Below the pieces are notes generated by a model. The model did no database searches. It saw only the letters and a list, made by a program, of their open reading frames with translations, and had not been told where the DNA came from. 64,000 nucleotides of DNA from Fonticula alba ATCC 38817 (lineage: Eukaryota > Protista > Nucleariida): NCBI GenBank assembly GCA_000388065.2, contig KB932208.1; one strand, given 5' to 3'. The translations under genes were made by a program, and so were the position numbers. Of the stretch, positions 37,923 to 49,114 are shown piece after piece (position 1 is the first letter of the stretch; each line of letters opens with the position of its first letter).

Positions 37923-38737
37923 ATCCCCTCGCCGCTGCTTGACGTTAGGGCTGAGAGCCATGCTGGTGACCACTGGAGGACCTTGCTCGGCCCCCTTGCC
38001 ACTTGCCACCTGGGTGTCTCCCCCCCCCCCCCCCTCCTCCCCTGTGGTATCCAATATAACGCCGCCCATCCCCATTCCCGGCCTCCCGTGTCACTCATGC
38101 AATGGCCTTGATGGATGGTTTCCGTCCTTCCGAGCCGGGGCTTGGATTGCTCAGACACCCAGGGGCGCGACCCTTGGGCTTGGGAGCGTGAGGGCGCGGG
38201 ACGGCGTCCGGTGGAGCAGGGGGGGGCGCTGGGGCGGGGCACCGAAACATCGGCCGAACAAGAAACAAGGACGGAGCAGGCTGTCGATCGCCGGTGCTTC
38301 ATTCCCAGTTCCAGGCCCAAGCCTAGCCCTCAATGGGCTCCAGCACCTTGGTCATTCGCGATAGCCATATATTCTGTATGTGCAGATCCCTCCGAAACGT
38401 GTTCTCCCCCCCCCCCCCCTCGGGTGCGGGTGGAGGCGCATGCGAGCGGCGTCGTCTGTTTCCCGGGTGACTAGGCGGAGGGCTGCCGTGTGGCGCGGTG
38501 GGGCGGGCCTGGACATACGCCGGGTGTGTTTTTTTCGCTCTTTTCTTTTTCCTTTCGCACGGGCGGACGGGGGCTGGCCAAGGCCTATTTTTGTCTGCTG
38601 GTGGCGTGGCCCAGATGCCGGGACCCGGCTTTGGTGACACTGGCGAGCGGCTCCCCTCGGTCAGCCTCCCCTCCTTCCCCCCCCCCCCTTCCGTTTCCTC
38701 CGCGCCCCCTCTCTCCCCCCCCCTTGCCCTCCCCAAG

Positions 38738-39073
38738 ATGAGCGCCCGTCGTATCACCGACTACTCGCGCTTCCTGTCGAAGACCAGGTACCGTGCTTCG
38801 CTTCCTCGCCCACTTGCCGCCTCTTGCCTGCCGTCGCCTCCGCTGACTGCTGCCCTGCGCGGGTTTGTGAAGCGCCCTGCGCCAGCCTTCGGCCATTCGC
38901 GCCCTCCAGCCTCTGATGAACCTGCCCGGCATGGTGCGTTTCCCCTCTTCCCCATGTCTCTTTCCCGCCACCTAGCCCCTGCTTTTCGGCCATGACGCAC
39001 ACATGCACGCCACTTACACGCACACCTGTACGCACACCTGTACGCACACCTGTACACACACCTGCACACACAC

Positions 39074-39108
<35 letters not shown>

Positions 39109-39916
39109 TGCACGCAGATCTCCCTCGGTGGTGGCAACCCCAACCCCTCGACCTTCCCCTTCGCCAAGGCATCCCTGACTCTGCGCAACGGCGAGTCGGT
39201 GGAGATCGGCGAGAAGGACATGGCCGCGGCCCTGCAGTACGGCGCGTCGGCCGGCAGCCCGGGGCTGCTGAGCTGGCTGAAGCAGCTTCAGCAGGCGGAG
39301 CACGGCAGCAAGGCCGGGCTCTTCCGGGATCTGTCGGCCCCGGGGGCCTACACGCCCAAGGACTGGGACATCTGCATTGGTACCGGCAGTCAGGACCTGC
39401 TGCTGCGCACTTTCGAGATGCTGCTGGACCCGCAGACGGACTCGGTGCTGGTGGAGTCGCCCTGCTACAGTGGCGTGCTGGCCGGGCTGCGGCCGCACCT
39501 CGGGGCCAACCCCGGGGCGGTGGTTGGTGTTGGCACCGATGAGCATGGTCTCCGGCCGGATCGCGTGGATACCGTTCTTCGGAACTGGCCGACTCTGGAG
39601 CAGGACCCCACGGCGCGCGCTCGCCCGCGCGTGCTCTACACCATCCCGGCCGGTGGGAACCCCACTGGCACCACGCAGCCGGAGCACCGGCGCCGGGAGC
39701 TCTACGAGGTGGCCCGCGAGCATGACCTCCTCATTGTGGAGGATGACCCGTACTACTATCTGCAGGTGGGTTGCTGTACTTGTTCTTTTTTCTTTTCTTT
39801 TTGCTCCGGCTCGCAACGCTGCAAGGGTGTGCCGGCGCATCTAACGGGCCATGCGCCATCCTCTCTCGCGCCCTGGGGTGGGTGTTTGTGTGTGGCCAAA
39901 AAAAAATACGCACATC

Positions 39917-39948
<32 letters not shown>

Positions 39949-40730
39949 TATGTCTCTCGCAGTATGGCGAGGGCGAGCGTGCTCCCTCCTTCTTGGCTCT
40001 CGATGAGGATGCCCGTGTTCTGCGCACGGATTCCTTCAGCAAGATTGTTTCGGCCGGCATGCGCATTGGCTTCGCCACCGGGCCGGCCCCGCTGGTCGAC
40101 CGGCTGGTTCTGCACGCTCAGGCGGGCTGCCTTCACCCGAGCGGCATTGCTCAGGCCACCCTGCTGGCTTACCTGAACCACATTGGTGTCGAGGGGTTCC
40201 TGAAGCACTGCGACGAGGTGGCCGACTTCTATCGCTCTCGTCGGGATGTGTTCTGCGAGGCGGCTGACCGGCACCTGAAGGGCCTGGCCGAGTGGCACTC
40301 CCCGGACGCCGGTGCGTCACCTGGTCTTTCGTGTCATGCTGCCATCTCCCCCCCCTCTTCTTTCTATCCATCTTTCCATCGCCATCTCGCTCTCGCACTC
40401 CCTCTCTCTCTCACACACACACACACACACGCATCGCATCGCATCGCAGGCATGTTCGTCTGGTTCCGCCTGCTTGGTGAGATTCAGGACAGCGCCCCGC
40501 TGATCCGGACCAAGGCCGCTGAGAAGCGCGTCCTGCTGGTCCCGGGCGAGAGCTTCATGCCGGAGTGCGGTGACGGCGGCATTGTCTCCTCCTTCCCCCT
40601 CGGCGCGCAGGAGGACGGCAGCCAGAGCACTGGCACCTCGCCGTACGTGCGTGCCAGCTTCAGCACGGCCGATGCGGAGCAGATCGACCAGGCGCTCCAG
40701 CGCCTGGCGGCGGTCATCCGCGAGGGCTGA
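38738..40730 (+). CDS. PLP-dependent class I aminotransferase (AADAT/KAT-II, ARO8-like); exons 38738-38787, 38873-38933, 39118-39765, 39963-40311, 40450-40730
   Basis: DYSRFLS...PSAIRAL...MISLGGGNPNPSTFPF, ALQYG, YTIPAGGNPTG, IVEDDPYYYL, PLP-lysine motif DSFSKIVSAGMRIG, GMFVW and YVRASFS. Confidence 0.93.
39018..39105 (+). repeat. Intronic 12-bp minisatellite (ACGCACACCTGT)n degenerating into (CA)n
   Basis: Three perfect and two degenerate units followed by a CA run, in intron 2 of the aminotransferase. Confidence 0.85.
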
Positions 40731-40868
40731 GCGGTGTGATGCCCTGCATTGGGGCATGTGATCCTTCCTCCATTGGAAGCTCCATGACCGCGCGCCGGCC
40801 GGGGATCGTGTCTGGCCGGCGGCGTAGAAGGAGCCGAAAAAAAAAAAAGGAGCCAGGGATGCGCGCGG

Positions 40869-40874
40869 AATAAA
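40869..40874 (+). terminator. Putative polyadenylation signal for the aminotransferase
   Basis: AATAAA about 140 nt downstream of the TGA. Confidence 0.45.
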
Positions 40875-42581
40875 GGCCTCTCTTGCTGGTGTGATCGTGC
40901 TCTGTCTCTGGGGGGGTTCTTTTTTTTATTCTCGGCCCCGAAGCAATATGTCGACGTGTGCGGGGGCGCGCCGGAGGCGGGGTGGAACGATGATGATCGG
41001 GAGAAGGAAGGCGCGCGTGGCTGTCACGGATGTGGGGCAGGTCGTCAGGGAGATGAGCGGCAAGGGGCTCTGGGTGGGGAGCCCTTGGGCGCGGGGCGGG
41101 GCCGGGCCGGGCGGGGGCGCGGGCGAAAATGGGTCTACACCTGCAGGGAGGTGTGTTCGATCCCGGTTCCTGTGTGAGGGCTTGCCGGAAATGCAGGCCG
41201 CGACAGGCGGCAACGGCAGGGGCGTCGTCGCTCCCGTTCCCCGGCCGCGAGGGAGAGTGGGGGCGGGGGCGACCTGTGCGCGGTCACGCACATTCCGGAG
41301 CCCTGCCAAAACGCCCCCGCCCCCCCCCCGTGCGGAGGCGTATCCACGGGTGTCGGGGGCCGGAGGACGGGCAAGATGAGGCCAGCGCCAGGCGCGCGGG
41401 GGCAGGGCCGGGCCGGGGGGGGGCGCGGGCGAGGGCGATCGCCGCGGCCGGGGCGAGGGGCAAACAGTGCTCGGACAATGTCGGCCGGCCAAGGAATGTC
41501 CGATGGCCAGACAGCATTCCACCGACAGTCGGAAAGACCCGCCCACCGGTCGAGGCCGGCGCCGCGCCCCCATGCATATCCGCCTGGCCGGTCCCCCCCT
41601 CCCCCCTGGAGGCTGGCGGGTAACGGCGCGCCGACGAGGCGCACCGGGGGCAGGCGCAGGAGGAGGCTGAGAAGCGCAAATATCTCATTCCAACGAGGCC
41701 CGACACCGCGATCAAACAGGGAGAGGGGCCGCCAGGCGAATGGCCCCCCCCCTCGCCCAGTCACAAACCGTGTGTGCCCCGCTCCGGCTTAGGCCCCCCC
41801 CCCCCCCCGACATGCGGAGAGAGGGGCGCGCGGTTTGCGACTGTGTGTGCGTGCGCGGGCGGGGGATGAGGGCTCACGGCTGCAGCTGCATCGGTGCGCC
41901 GGAAGGCCGGGCGCCTGCCCCCGCCAGCCAAGGGCCAGCCCGCGGGGGGCGAGGGGGGAAGAGCCTCGACACGCCGCCCTCCGGAGCCAATGTTGTGCGG
42001 GTGTGCCCCCCCCCCCCCCCCCGGCCCCTTTCTCCAAGCAGACTCGGGGACTGTGACGAGGGAGGCGCGCAGATTCCCCACGCGCCGCGGGGCGCACGTG
42101 ACATTGGCCTGCATTGCCCCTCCAACCCTACGCCGCGGTTGCCGCGTTGCTCTTTTTTTGAAACGCCGCCGCCGCCGCCGCCGCCCGGACCGGACCGGGG
42201 GGGAAGGGGCGCGGCGCACCCCGCGAGGACGAGCGTGCGGATGGTGCCGGCGCGGCCACGGCGACGCAGGCCGAAGCCGGAAGGGCCCACTCTTGACTGT
42301 GGGGTTTTGGGGGCGGGGGGCCGGGCCGGCGGAGTGGGGGCCAATGTGCCCGGCCGCCCCGCCCCTGGAGCAAGAGGAAGGAGGGCCGGGCGGGGGTGTC
42401 GCCCCAGCATGCGGGGCGCCCGGCTCGTCGGTGCGCCGGAGCGGGCGGCCGACGGCCGGCGGACATTCGGCCGGAAGCCGGCCGTGGGACGGGCAAGGCT
42501 CACGAGGCGCGTCGGTCTTCCATTGGTCTTCTCCCCGGGGTGGCGCCGGCAGGCCCGGGGAGGGCGGGGGCCTCTCCCAGG

Positions 42582-42596
42582 TATATATATATAAAG
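42582..42596. promoter_or_regulatory. TATA-like (TA)n element with nearby CCAAT/ATTGG motifs
   Basis: TATATATATATAAAG in ~75% GC sequence; CCAAT/ATTGG motifs near 41988, 42102, 42341 and 42522. Confidence 0.35.
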
Positions 42597-45500
42597 ATAG
42601 CAGGGCCGAGGGACACCCCGATGGCTCATTTTTTTCCCGCCCGCCTCCCTGGCAACATGGTGACCTCCCGGCTGGCCCGGCGAGGCGGGAGGGGGGGGGG
42701 GCATTCCCCCCTGTTCCGGGGAGCGGGGTGAACGGGGCAGGCGGGGGGGCCACANNNNNNNNNNNNNNNNNNNNNNNNNNNNNNNNNNNNNNNNNNNNNN
42801 NNNNNNNNNNNNNNNNNNNNNNNNNNNNNNNNNNNNNNNNNNNNNNNNNNNNNNNNNNNNNNNNNNNNNNNNNNNNNNNNNNNNNNNNNNNNNNNNNNNN
42901 NNNNNNNNNNNNNNNNNNNNNNNNNNNNNNNNNNNNNNNNNNNNNNNNNNNNNNNNNNNNNNNNNNNNNNNNNNNNNNNNNNNNNNNNNNNNNNNNNNNN
43001 NNNNNNNNNNNNNNNNNNNNNNNNGGGGCCGGGCAGAGGGGGGGGACCTTCGTGTGCGTGTGTGTGTGCGGGGGGGGGGGGGGCTCTCCTGTCACTTGCG
43101 GCCGGGGTGCGCGCGCGCGCGCACGCGAAACGCCCGCCGCCTCGGGCACCCCGCCCTGGTCCCCCAGCGCAGAGGCCGACCCAAGGGGCAGCAGGGGCAG
43201 CCGCAGGGAACAAGGCAGCATCGGGCGAGGGGGGGGGGGGGGGGGCGGAATGTGTTCCCGCTTGAGTGCACACACTTTCCAAAGTGTTCCCCATATTAAA
43301 GCCCGAATAATGCGCACGCCTTGCGGCGGCGGCCGCCGCCGCTCGGCCCCTTCCGATGCCGACGAGGGCAAGGGTGTGCCAGGCCTGCGTGCGGGGCCGG
43401 CAAGAGCACAGGAGAACCGCAGGTGGAATGCGCCAATCCCATTCATAGTATTCGGTGTGTCTGATTTTCCATGGGCGATGTGAGAAATGTCCGCACGCCC
43501 GGGCCCCCCTCTCCGCGGGGCATGACCCGAACCTGCAACCCTGGGCCCCGTCTCCTTGGGGGAGGTGGGTGGAGGGAGGAGGGGGGGGGGGCGGCGGCGG
43601 CGGCGGCGGCGGAATACCACGGCCTGCCCGCCTGCCCTCTCTCCATCACGCCCGCACCCTCGGCTCGAGGGGGGGGGGGGCGGGCCGCAGCGCCGGCTCC
43701 CCCCGGCCCCCCAATGTGCGCCCCGGCGGCGGTGGCGAGGACGGCGTACGCGTTCGTCATGTGTGCGCGCCTGCGTAGGTGTGTACGTGTGTGCGTGCGT
43801 GCGTGCGTGCGTGCAAGGTTGGATCTGGCCCCTCCGGCCGGGCGTGTCGCCGCAGGGGCACGGCGTGTTACGACGGGCTCCATCACGATGAGGTGGCGGC
43901 GGGCCCGACAATCTGGCTCACCCGGCGGCCGGCCACCCCCCCTCCGCCCCCGGCGCCCCATCCCCCCGGAAGACAGGTAGTGGCCGGGGCGGGGGGCGAG
44001 GGGCGCTCGGCCGTCGCGCCAAGGCTTTGGGCCCCCGGGGCGCGGGTCACCCCTCCACGAGGCTCGAGGGGCGGGGCGGGGGGGGGGGGGNNNNNNNNNN
44101 NNNNNNNNNNNNNNNNNNNNNNNNNNNNNNNNNNNNNNNNNNNNNNNNNNNNNNNNNNNNNNNNNNNNNNNNNNNNNNNNNNNNNNNNNNNNNNNNNNNN
44201 NNNNNNNNNNNNNNNNNNNNNNNNNNNNNNNNNNNNNNNNNNNNNNNNNNNNNNNNNNNNNNNNNNNNNNNNNNNNNNNNNNNNNNNNNNNNNNNNNNNN
44301 NNNNNNNNNNNNNNNNNNNNNNNNNNNNNNNNNNNNNNNNNNNNNNNNNNNNNNNNNNNNNNNNNNNNNNNNNNNNNNNNNNNNNNNNNNNNNNNNNNNN
44401 NNNNNNNNNNNNNNNNNNNNNNNNNNNNNNNNNNNNNNNNNNNNNNNNNNNNNNNNNNNNNNNNNNNNNNCCCCCCCCGCCTCTCTCTCTCTCTCTCTCC
44501 CTCTCGCCGGACCATTCAGCCGCCTCATTGCACATGACGCCACGAGGCGAGGGTCGCCGGCCACGGCACGAGCCCCGGCCTGCTCCCCCCTGGCGGAGGG
44601 GCGGGCGCGGGATGTTTTTTTTCCCGGAATCGTTCTCCCTTTTGGACGCAAGCGGCCAGCCCGCGCCCGGCGCTTGTTCACGCTGCTCTCTGCCCCCGGG
44701 TCCGGGCACTTTGCTGCAGCTTGCGGATAGGGGGGGGGGGACACCCCCGGCCCTCCGCCCTGCCTCCCCCTCTAGCCCCCAGGCCAGCAAGAACTGGGAT
44801 GTCGCTGATGGGGGTGCATTTGTCAGGGCACATCCCCCCCCCCCCTATGCCCGTCCCACGCGCCCCTCCCCTTCCTGGAGGGGTCGTGCGCCGGCGCGCA
44901 GATGGCTGGCATGCCCCCGGGCCCCGGCCATCCCCGCCTCTTGGTCAAGCGGGGATTTCTTGGCCCCCCCCCCCCCGGGCCCGGCCTGTGCAAGGGCGCG
45001 GGCGTGCGCTGCCTTGCCCGCCCCCTGAGGGACCTCGCGGCGGCACCCCCTGCTCCGCGAAGTGCGGCCGAGTCGAGGCTGCCGTGCCCGGTGTCCGGGA
45101 CATGTCCCTGGGGCTGGCCGGGGGGGGGGGCGGGGGGCGGGGGGGGGGGCGAGCGTTGCCCTTGTGCGGATGTTTTATCGGCCCCTCCCCGCTCGGCCGA
45201 GCTGGTTGGGGCCAGGTCGAGCGCGCCCGCGCCCGCGCCTAGGCACAGGAGTCGGCTCCAGGGGGGCGGGGGCCAGGGCGGCGGCGGGGGGGGGGACGGC
45301 AACGCACGTCCGCATGCCCTTCGGCGCGCAACGCACGTAAGCCCCCCGTTGGCGCGCCCTCCGGCCGGCCGGGTCAGAAGGCCAGGCGCAAAAATGCCCC
45401 AGGCCATTATTCTGATGCCGACGCGCGTCTCCATTCCACACCGCCCGGCGCTCGCTCCGCCGCTCGGCCGGTCTGCCTTGCACTCGCGCACCCGGAAGGG

Positions 45501-46699
45501 TGCTCCCTGCCCCCCCCCCCCCCCGACTCGGCGGGTCGCCAGCTCAGGCGCCGACGCCGACCCCTCTCCGTTGATTGCGCGCGCGCGCGCCCATGGCACA
45601 CGAGAGACACACACACATAGGGAGCGGGCGCGCCAGCGAGGGGGCGGGCCGGGAGACGCGCCTACCGATGCAGGTTCGCATGGGTGCACGGCCCTGCGCG
45701 CTGACCCGGCTCACCCCGGGATACACCCCGAGAGGCTGCGCGAGCCCGGAGGCAGGCCTGTGAGAAGGCTTGGGCAAGTGTGCAAGGAACGAAGGAGGCC
45801 CGGATACGCCCACGTACCAAATACGCCGGACATATGCGCCCCCTCCCCCCGGCCCGGCCCCCCCCGCCCTCCGCATGTGCGGGGGTGAATCTCCCGGGCA
45901 GGGGGTGATGGGGCTCGGCCGGCGGGGGCGCACCACTACACAGGGGCGGACCGCCGTCACTCCGCCGAACAACCGGGCCTTGGTGGTTCTCGCCGGCCCG
46001 GGCATTTTTTTTAAAAGTATGGCTTGCTCGGGGCCCTCGGGATTTTGTGTAACCGTGCCTGGTAGGTGCACTTTTTCCCATTCCCCCCCCTTCTCTCCCC
46101 CTTTCCCTTCCCCTCTTCTCTTCGCCGCATCCCTGTGAACTACTGCTCCCTGTTCGTCCATCCCACACCCTCCCTCTCCCTTTCTTCCTCGCGCCCTCTC
46201 CCCCGTTCTTTCTCCCCCTTTCATGCGTCTTCCCCTGCCAGCACCCTCCTCCATGCCGTCTGTCGCGCTTGGCCGCCTTTGGCCCTGCAGCACCAATCCC
46301 CTCCTCTCGGGGCGTCGCGCACCTGCCCCNNNNNNNNNNNNNNNNNNNNNNNNNNNNNNNNNNNNNNNNNNNNNNNNNNNNNNNNNNNNNNNNNNNNNNN
46401 NNNNNNNNNNNNNNNNNNNNNNNNNNNNNNNNNNNNNNNNNNNNNNNNNNNNNNNNNNNNNNNNNNNNNNNNNNNNNNNNNNNNNNNNNNNNNNNNNNNN
46501 NNNNNNNNNNNNNNNNNNNNNNNNNNNNNNNNNNNNNNNCTACCAGCCCTCGAGCCTCATCGGCGGCAAGGACCTAGACGCCCTGCCCCCTGATGAGCGC
46601 ATGGCCCTCCTGCGGTCGCAGCTCCTCACCGGGCAGATCCTGTCCATCGACACGCTGCTCGACGCTCTTTGCTCTTTCTACGAGGTGAGCGCCAACCTG

Positions 46700-46719
46700 G
46701 ACGTGTGCTCTTCCGATCT
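46700..46719 (+). other. Illumina TruSeq adapter remnant (assembly artefact)
   Basis: GACGTGTGCTCTTCCGATCT matches the 3' end of the TruSeq Read 2 primer and lies between two copies of the same ~160 nt. Confidence 0.95.
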
Positions 46720-46746
46720 TGGCCCCCCCACCCCCCCCCCACCAAG

Positions 46747-48274
46747 ATGGCTCTCTACCAGCCCTCGAGCCTCATCGGCGGCAAGGACCTAGACGCCCTG
46801 CCCCCTGATGAGCGCATGGCCCTCCTGCGGTCGCAGCTCCTCACCGGGCAGATCCTGTCCATCGACACGCTGCTCGACGCTCTTTGCTCTTTCTACGAGG
46901 TGAGCGCCAACCTGGACCCGACTCTCTTTCCCCACGCCGGGCGCTTCAAGAACAACTTCGGCGATCTGGTGGCCGATGTCCGGAAGTTCCGCATTCGCAT
47001 CGAGGACTTCCGCATGGTGAAGCTCCTCGGCCGCGGTGCCTTCGGCGAGGTGTCCCTCTACCAGTCGAACTTCAACCAGAAGTACTATGCCATCAAGCGC
47101 CTGCACAAGGGCTACATGCTGATCAACTCGGAGGTACGCGCGCGCGCGCGCGCGCTCGCACGCACATGCGCGGCGGCGTGTCATTTGCCCGCGACCGAGG
47201 CTGTGGCCCGGCGGGCCGCTGGCCGCCGGCCCTCGGCCCTCGGCGGCTGTCCATCATCCACCGCCAGCCACTGACTTTCCCCTCCTTCCCCGCATCCTCC
47301 CTCCCCTCTTGCTGCCGTGTCATGCCAAGATCGGAAGAGCGTCGTGGCGTGTCATTTGCCCGCGACCGAGGCTGTGGCCCGGCGGGCCGCTGGCCGCCGG
47401 CCCTCGGCCCTCGGCGGCTGTCCATCATCCACCGCCAGCCACTGACTTTCCCCTCCTTCCCCGCATCCTCCCTCCCCTCTTGCTGCCGTGTCATGCCAGG
47501 CCTTCTACATGGAGGAGCGTCAGCTCCTCGGCCTGGCCTCCGGTGACTGGATCACCCGCCTGGAGTACGCCTTCCAGGATGACAAGTACCTGTACCTGGT
47601 CATGGAGTACCTGGCCGGTGGCAATGTGCTGAGCTCGCTCTACCGCCAGGATGACGGCTACTTCGATGAGAACACCGTCCGCTTTTACATTGCCCAAACG
47701 GTGCTCGGCATCCATGCCATCCACTCGATGGGCTACATCTATCGGTGCGTCAGTGCCGCCGCCGCCGCCGCCGCCGCCCATAGCGCGCACGCCCGTGCAT
47801 CTGGCTGCGCACAACCACCGGGCCTGTCTTTCTTCATCCCCGCCCCCNNNNNNNNNNNNNNNNNNNNNNNNNNNNNNNNNNNNNNNNNNNNNNNNNNNNN
47901 NNNNNNNNNNNNNNNNNNNNNNNNNNNNNNNNNNNNNNNNNNNNNNNNNNNNNNNNNNNNNNNNNNNNNNNNNNNNNNNNNNNNNNNNNNNNNNNNNNNN
48001 NNNNNNNNNNNNNNNNNNNNNNNNNNNNNNNNNNNNNNNNNNNNNNNNNNNNNNNNNNNNNNNNNNNNNNNNNNNNNNNNNNNNNNNNNNCAAAGGCCGC
48101 CCAGCCGGCGGGGGTCCCCCAGTCAGGCGCCATGCCCCCCCCCCACCTACCGCGGCGCCTACCCCGATTGAGGGCCCGCCCCCCCCCCCCCCCCCCCCCC
48201 CTCCCGCGTGGTTGCCTACACCATGAGCCCCATCTAGGAGGGCGGAAATCGCCGCCCCCCACTGTGGGCCTCTT

Positions 48275-48343
<69 letters not shown>

Positions 48344-49065
48344 CCACCACAGCGATCTCAAACCCGAGAACATGCTCCTCGACTCCAATGGCTATGTGAA
48401 GCTGGCCGACTTCGGGTCCTGCTTGCGCATTGGCAGCATGTCGGTCGAGTCCATGACGCCAGTCGGAACACCTAACTACATTTCGCCCGAGCTGCTGGCC
48501 TGCATGCACAAGGGCGGCCACGTCGGCACCGAGACCGATTGGTGGTCCCTCGGCATCGTGCTCTACGAGCTGCTCTACGGCGGCCCGCCCTTCGACAGCG
48601 AGCGCAACACCGTCCTCTTCGGCATGATCCAGAACCACGAAAAGCACCTGGAGTTCCCGGATGACTACGAGGTGTCGCCCGAGGCGGTGGACCTCATCCG
48701 CGGGCTCATCTGCGATCGGTCCAAACGTCTGAACTTCGAGCAGATCAAGGCCCACCCCTTCTTCAAGGGCATCGATTGGGAGACGACCCGGCAGCAGACG
48801 CCGCCCATTGTGCCGCAGCTCAATGGCCCGGAGGACACGCACCTCTTCGAGGATGACCTCTTCGAGATCCCGCCCGACCTGCCGGCCCCGCCCATCGACA
48901 CCAACTCCGGCGCCCAGCTGGCCTTTGTCGGGTACACCTTCTACCGGAACCGGGATTACGGCCTGCCGACCCCCCCGCAGCCCGGTACGCCAGCGTCTGT
49001 GGTGCCCCTCCTTCTTTGTCTCCCTCCCCTTCCCGTGCTTACATGTGTGGCTGCCCTCCCTCCCT

Positions 49066-49114
<49 letters not shown>

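Noticed and set aside
41151-41172. GTTCGATCC, resembling a tRNA T-loop or B box
   Set aside because: The flanks do not form a T-stem, and no D-arm, anticodon arm or acceptor stem can be built.
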